NCBI GenBank assembly: GCA_002395235.1
Contig: DGWK01000008.1
Span: 34,174 to 98,173 of the forward strand
Reading direction: 5' to 3'
Origin: Lachnospiraceae bacterium UBA4260
Lineage (GTDB): Bacteria > Bacillota > Clostridia > Lachnospirales > Lachnospiraceae
Length of the DNA stretch: 64,000 bases
The number at the start of each line of letters is the position of its first letter. Position 1 is the stretch's first letter. This document shows positions 45,686 to 54,920 of the stretch, piece by piece. The notes under the pieces were generated by a model. That model did no database searches and was not told where the DNA came from. It worked only from the letters and a program-made list of their open reading frames with translations. The position numbers were made by a program, and so were the translations under genes.

Positions 45686-47551
45686 CTATAAGAATGAAAA
45701 TGCGGACTCGATCCTTCGGATCATATTCATCGCATTCGAACCGTATTCGTCTATGACCGTCTTGCACAGGCCCGGGTCATTTGTGAGAATCGCGTCCACG
45801 TTCAGGCTCACAAGACTCTCCATGGTATCCCTCTCGTTTACCGTCCAGACAAAGACGTGCTTTCCGGCCCGGTGGATCCTCTCGACGTTCTCGTAAGTTG
45901 CGAACGTCTCCTGAATGCTTATGATATCTGCGGCGTCAAGCGATTCTATATCCCCGATCCCGATGGCCGATGTGTAGGCGGTCAGCACGGAAGGATTGAT
46001 CTCGCGAATCTCCTCCAGGGTCTTGTAATCCTGGCTCGTCACATCGCAGTTTGCGATGTAGTCGTTGGCCACAATGATGTCCACCACCTTCTGGGTGATC
46101 CCCTCGTCATGGCCGTTTCGCTTGATCTCGATATTGAGATAGAGCTTGTCCTTTCCGCTTCCGGCCAGTTTTATGACTTCATCCAGCGTGGGGATCTCCG
46201 TCCCGGCGAATGATTCGTCAAAAAATCGCCCGTTGTCTAGGTCCTTGATCTCGTCATAGGTCACTTCCCAGACGTTCTTGTCCACGCCCGTTGTCCGCTT
46301 GAGATTGTCGTCGTGCATCACGATGATCGTGCCGTCCTTAAGCATCTGCACATCCAGCTCCGCCGCCGAAAATCCCTCATCGATGCACTTTTGAAAAGCC
46401 GGCATCGTGTTCTCGGGCGCCGCAGCGGAAAAGCCCCGGTGCGCCATGATCATGGGCGTGCCGTAGTCCGTGTTGAGGATCCACCGAATCTGGGCAAACC
46501 TTCTGGGCACCGAGAAAAAGATGCTGACCGCACAGATTGCAAGAACCAGATACTTGAGGATCGGATAGCGGTGAAAATAGTGCGGCGGATCCGTGTACTC
46601 CAGGATCGGCTCGCCGAGCTGCTCCTTCCTCTTATAGTAGGCGTTCTGAAAGCTCGCCATCATAAGCGGGATCATGACCCACAAGAAAGCGATATAGAAC
46701 AGGATCCCTGTGGGAATCAGCCTTTCGAGCATAAAGATATCAAGGGGCTCCGTCTCTCCGGGCATCACCCACAGCGACAGAAGGTACCAGCCAATCACGA
46801 TCAGCAAGGTGCCCACAGAAAAGATTAAATAGCAGAATATTCCCCAGATCGCTGTGAGGAACAGCACCCTGAAAAAGTACTTACCGCTGATCATGGCGGC
46901 GCTTTTCCTGCAGGCCGTTCCGAAGCTCACGTTGTCCTCTTCCATCATGATCGGGATCGCGAAGAGCCAGCGAACGAAGAAATACATGGCCGCAAAGATG
47001 AGGATCTGATAGGCGATCCCTTCCCACGGGCGTTTTTCGAAGTCCTCCAGAATAAATCCCGGGATTCGAATCACCGAAGTGATGCTGGATATGTCCGCGA
47101 TCGCGGAGGATCCGAAGCGCATGACGAAGATCACATAAGGGATCAGCCCCCAGTTCTCGAGCTTCGCGCGCTCCACACACAGATCAAAGCCCGTAGAGAA
47201 GATCTGCCGCACCGTTTTTTTCTTCCCCCATTTGGACGCCTGCAGTGTATCGTAGATGGCAAACTGCTCGAATGAGGCCGCCGCCACCAGCATCAGGATC
47301 ATGACGAAAAACACGATCCACGAGATCGGATTGCGGACAAAAGTGCCGGCATTATACCAGGCAATGACCTTTGTTTTATTCCCGATCAGCCACAGCCTCT
47401 GCATCCAGGTCATGATAGGAAACAGCACCAGGAAAGTGAGGATCCTGAAGATCACCTCAAAAGCGATCAGGCTCCTGCTGTTCTCCTTCATTAATGCGAA
47501 TGGGCGCAGAACGCCCTTGAGCCAGTTTACTGTTCCTCTGATTATAAACAT
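45686..47551 (-). CDS. Glycerophosphodiester phosphodiesterase with N-terminal membrane domain
   Basis: Multi-TM N-terminal half; AHRGFS..APENTMPAF, ELDVQ, HDDNLKRT, NIEIK, VWTVN. Confidence 0.9.
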   Translation of the reverse strand: MFIIRGTVNWLKGVLRPFALMKENSRSLIAFEVIFRILTFLVLFPIMTWMQRLWLIGNKTKVIAWYNAGTFVRNPISWIVFFVMILMLVAAASFEQFAIYDTLQASKWGKKKTVRQIFSTGFDLCVERAKLENWGLIPYVIFVMRFGSSAIADISSITSVIRIPGFILEDFEKRPWEGIAYQILIFAAMYFFVRWLFAIPIMMEEDNVSFGTACRKSAAMISGKYFFRVLFLTAIWGIFCYLIFSVGTLLIVIGWYLLSLWVMPGETEPLDIFMLERLIPTGILFYIAFLWVMIPLMMASFQNAYYKRKEQLGEPILEYTDPPHYFHRYPILKYLVLAICAVSIFFSVPRRFAQIRWILNTDYGTPMIMAHRGFSAAAPENTMPAFQKCIDEGFSAAELDVQMLKDGTIIVMHDDNLKRTTGVDKNVWEVTYDEIKDLDNGRFFDESFAGTEIPTLDEVIKLAGSGKDKLYLNIEIKRNGHDEGITQKVVDIIVANDYIANCDVTSQDYKTLEEIREINPSVLTAYTSAIGIGDIESLDAADIISIQETFATYENVERIHRAGKHVFVWTVNERDTMESLVSLNVDAILTNDPGLCKTVIDEYGSNAMNMIRRIESAFSFL

Positions 47552-47755
47552 CTGTCTTCCCCCGATTGAATTAAGACAACCTGTGATGTGAAATCTGCAG
47601 AGTGAACCGCTTCGCTACTATGTTAGTTTATCATCGCTTTTCTTTATTGTGAACTCTTCCTTTCCGCGCGTGCGCGGAGAACTTTTCTGTTGCACTTTTT
47701 TCCTCTTTGACGTATCATACACTCGTTATATCAGCGATTTAAAGGAGTAAAGCGC

Positions 47756-48322
47756 ATGAAGCAAGCAGAACCCATTTCAAAAGATCGAGTCCCTTTTAAC
47801 TATAATCTTGTCCTGATCGGCTTTATGGGCGCCGGCAAATCAACGGTTTCCGACTATTTTCACACCCAGTTCGGCATGGAAGTCATCGAGATGGATCAGA
47901 TCATCGCCGAGCGGGAAGACATGAGCATCAGCGATATCTTCGAGACGCGCGGCGAGGAATACTTCCGCGACTGCGAGACCGCCCTTCTCATTGAAATGCA
48001 GGCCCGTAAAAATGTCATCATCTCCTGCGGAGGCGGCGTCCCCATGCGCGAGCGCAACGTCGCCGAGATGAAAAAAAACGGCCGCGTCATCCTGCTGAGC
48101 GTCGAACCTGAAACAGTCCTGACGCGCCTTGAAGATGACCACAGCCGTCCTCTGCTTGAAAACAACAAAAACGTGGACTTCGTCCGCGCCCTGATGGAGA
48201 AGCGCCGCGACAAATACGAGGCGGCCGCAGATATTATTGTGCGCACCGACCACAGAAGTGTTCAGGAGATCTGTGAGGAAATCCTTTCAAAGCTCCGCGC
48301 TATGGATGGGGAGAGCGAGTAA
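47756..48322 (+). CDS. aroK: Shikimate kinase
   Basis: LIGFMGAGKSTV, FETRGEEYFRDCET, SCGGG, RPLL. Confidence 0.92.
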   Translation: MKQAEPISKDRVPFNYNLVLIGFMGAGKSTVSDYFHTQFGMEVIEMDQIIAEREDMSISDIFETRGEEYFRDCETALLIEMQARKNVIISCGGGVPMRERNVAEMKKNGRVILLSVEPETVLTRLEDDHSRPLLENNKNVDFVRALMEKRRDKYEAAADIIVRTDHRSVQEICEEILSKLRAMDGESE

Positions 48323-48384
48323 CGGGCGTATTGTTAACGCCCCCATTGTTAACCAACGGGTTGTTAACCTCCATCGCCCCGAAG

Positions 48385-48438
48385 TTGTTAACCTCATTCA
48401 TCTTTTAGGTTGACAATTCGTTTCTCATCGATTAAGCT
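48385..48438 (+). promoter_or_regulatory. BirA-type biotin operator overlapping the sigma-A promoter of bioY
   Basis: TGTTAAC-N16-GTTGACA (48386-48415) fits the Firmicute BirA consensus TGTtAAC-N14-16-GTTaACA; -35 TTGACA 48410-48415, 17-bp spacer, -10 TAAGCT 48433-48438. Confidence 0.75.
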
Positions 48439-48590
48439 TGCTTATGCGATGTGTTTTTGGCTCCTCAGGTGATTTGACTTCTTGTGTTTTTCGCTCCTTA
48501 AGTGTTTTGCTTATCAGGGGCCAAAAACGCACTGCCTGCAGAGGCGGGAGACTTCCCACCTGAGTAAAAATAGATTGAGAGGTTAATACT

Positions 48591-49163
48591 ATGAAAATGT
48601 CCACACACGATCTTGTTCTCTGCGCGCTCTGCGCGGCCGTAACCTGCGTTCTGGCGCCCCTGTCCGTCCCGCTGGCCGGCGAAGTGCCGATCTCACTGGC
48701 AACTTTCGCCGTTCTGCTCTCGGGAATCCTTCTGGGCGGAAAGCTCGGCGCCCTCAGCCAGCTGATTTACGTGCTTTTGGGCAGCGTCGGAGTTCCCGTA
48801 TTCGCGGGATGGACCGGAGGCCTCGGCATCACGCTCGGCGTCACAGGCGGCTACATCATCGGCTACATCCCCATGGCTTTCGTCGCAGGTCTGCTCTACC
48901 ATCTCTATGGCAGGAATGCTTCCGGAGTCCGCAAATATGTCGTTATGTTTGTCTCCATGGTCCTCGCTACAGCTGTCCTCTATATACTCGGTACTGCCTG
49001 GTTTATGGCACAGACGAAGATGACACTGGGCGCTTCCCTGGCTGCCTGCGTGATTCCATTCCTTCCCGGCGATCTTATTAAGATTGCAGCTGTAATGCTT
49101 GTAGCAGTTCCGATTGAATCTGCTGTAAAAAAGGCAGTCCCTGACAGCAGCGCTGCAGTGTGA
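48591..49163 (+). CDS. bioY: Biotin ECF transporter S component
   Basis: VPISLATFAVLLSGILLG, YVLLGSVGVPVFAG..GG, TGGYIIGYI, IPFLPGDLIK. Confidence 0.93.
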   Translation: MKMSTHDLVLCALCAAVTCVLAPLSVPLAGEVPISLATFAVLLSGILLGGKLGALSQLIYVLLGSVGVPVFAGWTGGLGITLGVTGGYIIGYIPMAFVAGLLYHLYGRNASGVRKYVVMFVSMVLATAVLYILGTAWFMAQTKMTLGASLAACVIPFLPGDLIKIAAVMLVAVPIESAVKKAVPDSSAAV

Positions 49164-49225
49164 CCGGTCAGGACCTCCTTTGAATTCAATAGCATTCAAT
49201 TACGACCTTATCAATTTCAACCTTA

Positions 49226-50287
49226 TCAATGAGGATACAATTCGATATTTTTCGCCCCATATCCGGCGCGGCCGAGCTGGTCTCTCAGACCTCCGGCCGC
49301 GCTTTCTGCTGCCCTTCTGTTGTCCTCCGAGATTTCCCGTGAATAACGGCTGCTTTCAATAATAAAATGTGCCGTCTTTCTCATATACTCATCTGAACCT
49401 TCCGCGATCTTCCGGCAAGTCTCCTCCTGTTCCAGATCTTTCTTTTTCAAAATCTTTTTCCACAGCGAAGGGTCATAGCCGAGCAGGCGCACCATCAGGC
49501 CTTCATAAAATGGCTCTGCAGTATGGGCGCCTTTTTCCGCCCAGTATTGCCTGAGATCAAGCTCCCGCTGTGACCGGCCCGTCTCCCGAAACAGCACATA
49601 CCCCTCAAGCCTGTTCCCGTCCTTCCGAAGCTGTTTTTCAAGTCCATCCGCAATGTAGAGCGGGGCAATCTGTGCCCTCCGGCCTTTCGTGTACATAACT
49701 TCCGGCAGTTCGGACCACAGAAGCAGTTCCTTGACGCACTCGCTTGAAAAGACCTGCGTCTTTTGGCTGCGATCCGTCTCTGACATACCGTTCATGAGTA
49801 AGCGCAGTGCCGACGTCTCACAATACAGGGCCGACGGCCATAATGGTCTCCTTTTTGCGGGTGACATTTTTTGCAGAGATTCAGGCATGGGGATCACGAT
49901 GCCCCCTTCTGTCGTACTTTGAAGAATCAGACTGCAGATCGCGAGGCCCTCTTCATAGCTCCCGGGCATCCTCTGAACCGATGCGGCACTAAGACGCAGA
50001 TATCCTGCAAAATAGTGACATAAAAAGTCGTCCGAAAAATCTCCCCACTCTTTCCCGAGAGCCATCGCTCTTCTCAAGCCGCCAATATTGATACAGAGTT
50101 CTCCGGTCCCCGGCGAATTCTGTCTGAGCCTTGCCGGAGAATCGCTCATTCTCCATTCCGTCCGCAAAAAAAAGAGCCGGTTGTTCTCTTCCGACTCTAT
50201 AGAAAGCATTTGCTCAATTCTGTTGATCAGCGCTTTTTCCTGCGCATTCATCCCTATTCTCACAAAGGTATCGCGGCCTCCGATCAC
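49226..50287 (-). CDS. Hypothetical protein (last gene of operon 2)
   Basis: 353-codon ORF overlapping the upstream gene by 4 bp; no recognisable motif. Confidence 0.6.
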   Translation of the reverse strand: MIGGRDTFVRIGMNAQEKALINRIEQMLSIESEENNRLFFLRTEWRMSDSPARLRQNSPGTGELCINIGGLRRAMALGKEWGDFSDDFLCHYFAGYLRLSAASVQRMPGSYEEGLAICSLILQSTTEGGIVIPMPESLQKMSPAKRRPLWPSALYCETSALRLLMNGMSETDRSQKTQVFSSECVKELLLWSELPEVMYTKGRRAQIAPLYIADGLEKQLRKDGNRLEGYVLFRETGRSQRELDLRQYWAEKGAHTAEPFYEGLMVRLLGYDPSLWKKILKKKDLEQEETCRKIAEGSDEYMRKTAHFIIESSRYSREISEDNRRAAESAAGGLRDQLGRAGYGAKNIELYPH

Positions 50288-51168
50288 GACTGTGCTGCTG
50301 CAAGTCTCAACGTCTCCACTGTCTCAATGATTTCGTCTTCATTTCCGACAGGGAACAGCCTTCTGAATTGTTGTAAATTCTCGTTTCCGATCACAATGAC
50401 GCAGCATGGCGGCCTGTCATTTAACGTCCCTTTAGCAAAGAATCTGCGCAGCCGGCGCACGTTTCTTTCTGCCTTTGCGTAGAGCCTTGGGCTCCTGTGC
50501 TCCCGAAGTTCCGAATCTGTTTCCGATGTGCCGGCGTCACTCTTCTTTACAACTCTTATGCTGATTCCGGCGCTCTGCGTCCAATCGGCCAGTCGCCGCA
50601 GCTTCTCTGTATCTTTCGCATTTTCTATGATAAATACGCTGCTTCCATGCGTGCTGTTTTCCTCAATTACCTGCGCCGCCCTGCTGATCCACTCAACATC
50701 GCGCCTTATCACCGCCTCTTCCGCCTCTTCCGCCAGCTTTTTCCGAAGACTCACAGCATTTTTTTCTTCTCTCTTTTTAATTCTTTTACAGAGTGTGTAT
50801 CGATACTTTCTGATGCGAAGCGCGTTGTATCTCTGCAGCATGATGCAGTAGATATTGGTCAGGACCGCCGCCGACAGTCCCAAATCCGCCAGTGTCCATC
50901 GATACCCTGCTGCCCTTCTAAGCAAAATGAGCATGATCGCCATGACCAGCCCCATCAGATGGATCAGGGCGTTATAGGACAGATACATATAATGTCTCTG
51001 CGCCCCTCTGTAAGATAACTGCTGCAAGTGATAATTGCTGTTTCTGAGAGAATCCTTTCTGTGCCGGATCTTTTCCAGCAGGAAAGTAAAATCCCGAAAC
51101 TTCCGAATTCCCAGGCGTCGATAGAAAGCCAGTTCATATTCATTAATCCGGCTTAAATCCTCTTCCAT
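50284..51168 (-). CDS. Membrane protein with CrtO-like (glycosyl-4,4'-diaponeurosporenoate acyltransferase-like) N-terminal domain
   Basis: FYRRLGIRKF, two TMs, NIYCIMLQRYNALRI pattern. Confidence 0.5.
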   Translation of the reverse strand: MEEDLSRINEYELAFYRRLGIRKFRDFTFLLEKIRHRKDSLRNSNYHLQQLSYRGAQRHYMYLSYNALIHLMGLVMAIMLILLRRAAGYRWTLADLGLSAAVLTNIYCIMLQRYNALRIRKYRYTLCKRIKKREEKNAVSLRKKLAEEAEEAVIRRDVEWISRAAQVIEENSTHGSSVFIIENAKDTEKLRRLADWTQSAGISIRVVKKSDAGTSETDSELREHRSPRLYAKAERNVRRLRRFFAKGTLNDRPPCCVIVIGNENLQQFRRLFPVGNEDEIIETVETLRLAAAQS

Positions 51169-51215
51169 CTGTTCTTCTCCGGCTTTTATTCAAGGCTCGT
51201 CAGAGACTGCCTGCG

Positions 51216-51896
51216 TTATCTGAGCTCAACGAGCTTTTTGACATTATCTTTCTGTACGGCATTCATCGCCGCGTTTACCTGATCAATGGATTTCCCCTGG
51301 TCCCTGTACCAGTCCAGGTTCTGGAAGTACACACGAATCTCGTCCGTCTTGAAATGATACCCATGCCAGGCGTAGACATAGTTGATCGCCATCTGGATCG
51401 GTGTTTCAGGGAGACCTGAGGGCGCCGTGCTGTAGATCGCGTCGATGTCCTCATCCGTGATGCGCCTGTCTATGCACACCATGCAGGCGTCCTCGAAACT
51501 CATGGACTCCTGTGCACTTTCCTGCGTGTTCTCTTCAGGAGTAACCGCGGGAACCGCTTCCGCGGTCTCTTCCTGCGGCTCGTCCTGCTGCGCATCACTG
51601 ACAGATGTGTCTTCCGCTTCCGTTCCGGAGGATTCTGTCTCGTCACCGGAATACGCCTCTTCACCGGCGTCTGCCGATGCGCTTCCCGTCGTCTCTGTTT
51701 TGCCGGATGACGCAGTCTCCCCAAAAGGATTTTTTCCATCTTTGATGAATTTGATGCTGATCATCAGTGCGATCAGGACAACCGCTCCGACAATGACAGC
51801 GACCAGGACGGTCTTCATCTGCTCATCCGGGCCGCTCCCATAGTCACTTCGGTCACTCCAATTCCGATCGTCGGGCTTTTTATCAAACAGTTTCAT
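51216..51896 (-). CDS. Membrane-anchored YARHG-domain protein
   Basis: Single TM, acidic Ser/Thr/Glu-rich linker, C-terminal AINYVYAWHGYHF....YFQNLDWY. Confidence 0.8.
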   Translation of the reverse strand: MKLFDKKPDDRNWSDRSDYGSGPDEQMKTVLVAVIVGAVVLIALMISIKFIKDGKNPFGETASSGKTETTGSASADAGEEAYSGDETESSGTEAEDTSVSDAQQDEPQEETAEAVPAVTPEENTQESAQESMSFEDACMVCIDRRITDEDIDAIYSTAPSGLPETPIQMAINYVYAWHGYHFKTDEIRVYFQNLDWYRDQGKSIDQVNAAMNAVQKDNVKKLVELR

Positions 51897-51910
51897 TTTG
51901 CACTTCTCTT

Positions 51911-52438
51911 TCAGTTCAATATTTGTATAGTACTACAGACATCCAGGCACCATTCCATAAATTCAGGGAAATAGTGATAACAGAGGGCAAGCTGCAGGGG
52001 ATCACTCATAAGGGCAAGCCTCTCCCCGTACGTGATCACAGCCTGCTGCATCTGCGGGGTAAGATCATTTACATCCGTAAACACCTGATCGGTAATAGAA
52101 TCATAAGCGTCATATAGAGCCTGCAGCTGCAACAGATACTGTGCACGATCTGCTATTTTCAGTCCTGTGTCCACGAGCGCCGTAAAATCTTCTGCGAATG
52201 ACAGTTCTGCTTCCGTTCCCGCAGTCTCATAGGCAGATTCCTCGTAAATACATTTATCACCTTCTCTTATGAAGATTCCCTCCGCCCGAATCGCGTCTCT
52301 TTTCTGCGACTCTATGAAGAGAAGCATCGCCGTCCTTTTGTCTTTAAGACTGAACGGGAGGGAGATCTCTCCGACGCCGTAATACTTCTGCATTGGATCC
52401 GAGTGCAAAATATTGCTCAGCATTTCCACACTGTTCAT
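51911..52438 (-). CDS. Hypothetical acidic protein, candidate immunity/inhibitor
   Basis: 175-codon ORF 11 bp downstream of the C39-like gene; the function is inferred from position only. Confidence 0.55.
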   Translation of the reverse strand: MNSVEMLSNILHSDPMQKYYGVGEISLPFSLKDKRTAMLLFIESQKRDAIRAEGIFIREGDKCIYEESAYETAGTEAELSFAEDFTALVDTGLKIADRAQYLLQLQALYDAYDSITDQVFTDVNDLTPQMQQAVITYGERLALMSDPLQLALCYHYFPEFMEWCLDVCSTIQILN

Positions 52439-52449
52439 ATTTTCCCCCT

Positions 52450-53853
52450 TTATCTGATCCTGTTCCTTGTTATGATCGCGGCCGAATTAGGAACCGAATA
52501 AGCCCAGTCCAGCCTCCATTTGGGAATGAATTTCGTCTGCGATCTCTCAAGTCTCCCGTCCGTAAGGACGTCGGGATGTCCGGTATCATTGATATAAAAG
52601 CCCATCACTTCATGCGTGCTCGTGCTTCTTGCCGTACCGACGACAGAAATGGCGTGATTTGCGTTAAGGCCTTTGTGTATATCGTTCAGGAAATAACAAT
52701 TCACACCGAGGATAACGCCTCTTCCTTCTTCAACTGCCTGCGCTATGCTGTCCAGGTCCATCTGGGGCGGGCTTCCAAATATCTGCGCGGCTTTACTGCC
52801 GCTTCCGCTGCCATTTTCATGGACATCATTATCTAATCCGAAATCACGCAATACTCTGCCTATATCTGTCGGAATCATACCGCCGTTCAATTGGGGCCTT
52901 AATATAGATACACGTGGCCTTGAGTAGAGTGATTTCCTGATCCCGTTGACATACTGCACTACTTCCTCTTCCGTTGTCGGCCTTCCGGCAAGAGTGAGAA
53001 TATTGGCGATCTGCGCGAGAGAACAGTCCTCTCCCCATCTCAGGGTATTATGTCCCTGGTTATAAGACAGTTTTCCCAGCCTCTCATCATTGATCCCGAA
53101 TGTCAGGCAGTTTGTGCCTGCCCCTTTCGGACTGCGTACGCCTGAATACAGGGGGTTCTTCGTCATGGGATCATTCATGATCTGCTGCCGGTATCTCTCG
53201 GATCTCTCTTTCTGAATCTGTTCCCGGTATTTCCGCTCCTCTTCGGAGATCTCACCAGGCGAACTGTCTGAGACATCCGTGCTGTCTCCGATCCCCTCCT
53301 GCAGCGTCTCCTTTCCGGCCGCCGAACCAATGCCTTCCATTGCTCCGGACGAGTAGGAACCGCCTTGGCGGCGTCCGCCTGTGCCCTCATCCATACTGAC
53401 CAGAAGCTCATCACGGATATCTTCCGCCTCTGTAATATGTTCCGACAAGGATTCATCCAGCGGTTTCAGATTGCCGGCAAACTTGTTTCCGGAAGCGCCC
53501 TGCAGGCGGCTTCGGTCGCTCTGCCTTTCCTCTGCATACTCCTCCAGCAGATCGACCGTTTCATGTTTTTCCCTGTTGATCTCTTCCAAAGCGGACTCGC
53601 TTTCTCCGACCTGCTCCTGCGCGGACGCAAGCTCCTCTTTGGACTGTTCAAAGGCGTCGTTGGCTGCCACAATATCTCCCTTGGGGCGAAAATCCTCATC
53701 CACCTCCAGGGCGGCAGCCATCTCGTCATACCGGGTGTCTCTTTCGGTCTGCGCAGTCTCCAGGTTCTGTCTGCTCCGGTCCAGCTCATCCCGGATCTCT
53801 TTTCCTCTTTCCAGCTGTTCGTTCGCTTTAGCTGAGATCTCACTGAGTTTCAT
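52450..53853 (-). CDS. Coiled-coil N-terminus + C-terminal papain-like (C39-like) cysteine peptidase domain
   Basis: Start MKLSEISAK at 53853; acidic coiled coil and Gly/Ser linker, then EDCSLAQIANIL (Cys), NHAISVVG (His), YINDTG (Asp). Confidence 0.7.
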   Translation of the reverse strand: MKLSEISAKANEQLERGKEIRDELDRSRQNLETAQTERDTRYDEMAAALEVDEDFRPKGDIVAANDAFEQSKEELASAQEQVGESESALEEINREKHETVDLLEEYAEERQSDRSRLQGASGNKFAGNLKPLDESLSEHITEAEDIRDELLVSMDEGTGGRRQGGSYSSGAMEGIGSAAGKETLQEGIGDSTDVSDSSPGEISEEERKYREQIQKERSERYRQQIMNDPMTKNPLYSGVRSPKGAGTNCLTFGINDERLGKLSYNQGHNTLRWGEDCSLAQIANILTLAGRPTTEEEVVQYVNGIRKSLYSRPRVSILRPQLNGGMIPTDIGRVLRDFGLDNDVHENGSGSGSKAAQIFGSPPQMDLDSIAQAVEEGRGVILGVNCYFLNDIHKGLNANHAISVVGTARSTSTHEVMGFYINDTGHPDVLTDGRLERSQTKFIPKWRLDWAYSVPNSAAIITRNRIR

Positions 53854-53899
53854 AAATCCGCTTTCCCTTAAAGAGTACTCTTCCTGTCCACAGTCGGAC

Positions 53900-54898
53900 T
53901 CAGCCGTTAGTGGTTGAACCGACCACCGTATATCCGACCACAACATAGACTGCGATCTGAAGGATTCCCAGTACCAGTCCGAAGACCCCTTTCACCATGC
54001 CCATGATCATGGAGCTGAGGCACATGATGATCAAGGGCATGAGCAGCACAGGAATATAAAGGATCAAAGTCTCTTTGACTCTTTCCAAAAAACAAATGAT
54101 TATAAGGAATCCGATCGCCGCACCAAGAAGTCCGCCTATTACGGACATATAGGCCATAAATGTCCCGGCGGAGTTGAAGTTACTGATCAGAGACAGGGAC
54201 CCCATAAAAGAAATATTGTTTTCATAAACAGGTTTAAGCAATATACCGCTGATGATTCCGGCCGCTATGTAAACTGCCCACAGGGTCAGTGTCGAATTGC
54301 TGCTTTCCAGCTTACTCCAGTTATCGGTATGAATCTTTATTTCGCCAAGATCACCGATCTTATCCAGATTAAGCCTGTTGCCGGCTGAAACACGTTCAAT
54401 ATAAATGGACTTACTCCCGTCCTTCCCCTGTGGATCCGTTTCAACGAGATCCTTGCCCAGCATTTGAGCTTTTTCGAAGCGCTCCAGTGTCGCCTTCGCA
54501 GAAGCATGACCTGCATCTGCCGCCTTCTTCAGCCAGGTGTCCGCTTCATCAAGGTCTGCTTCGCATCCCTTCCCTGTGCTCAGATTTCTGAACAGCCGGT
54601 ACATGCACTCGGCGTCTCCCTGTTCCGCCCCTCTTCTGTAATACATGGTCGCGTACGCGTCGTTCTGAGGAACGCCGTCTCCATACGCGTAGCACATAGC
54701 CAGCTGTCTTGCCGCTTCCGCGCTGCCATTGTCAAGAGCTGCCTCGAGCTTGCCGATCACTGTATTCATGTCACGGTCCCCGTCCAATCCGCTCTTCATT
54801 CTCAGGGCGCTTTCCAGCAGCTCCTGTCCGGCCGGTCTCCCGGCATTACTCGCATAGTCGGCATAATCCTGATATCCCATATCCATCTCTGCTCCCAT
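53900..54898 (-). CDS. Sel1-like repeat protein with C-terminal TM helices
   Basis: AARQLAMCYAYGDGVPQNDAYATMYYRRGAEQGDAECMYRL...GKGCEADLDEADTWLKKAADAGH; about 4 TMs; start after RBS AGGAG. Confidence 0.85.
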   Translation of the reverse strand: MGAEMDMGYQDYADYASNAGRPAGQELLESALRMKSGLDGDRDMNTVIGKLEAALDNGSAEAARQLAMCYAYGDGVPQNDAYATMYYRRGAEQGDAECMYRLFRNLSTGKGCEADLDEADTWLKKAADAGHASAKATLERFEKAQMLGKDLVETDPQGKDGSKSIYIERVSAGNRLNLDKIGDLGEIKIHTDNWSKLESSNSTLTLWAVYIAAGIISGILLKPVYENNISFMGSLSLISNFNSAGTFMAYMSVIGGLLGAAIGFLIIICFLERVKETLILYIPVLLMPLIIMCLSSMIMGMVKGVFGLVLGILQIAVYVVVGYTVVGSTTNG

Positions 54899-54920
54899 CT
54901 TTACTCTGCTCCTTTCCTGG

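Noticed and set aside
49180-49232. Short direct repeats (attcaat x2, ccttatcaat x2) at the bioY / operon 2 junction
   Set aside because: Too short and AT-rich to distinguish from chance; no matching copy seen at another boundary.
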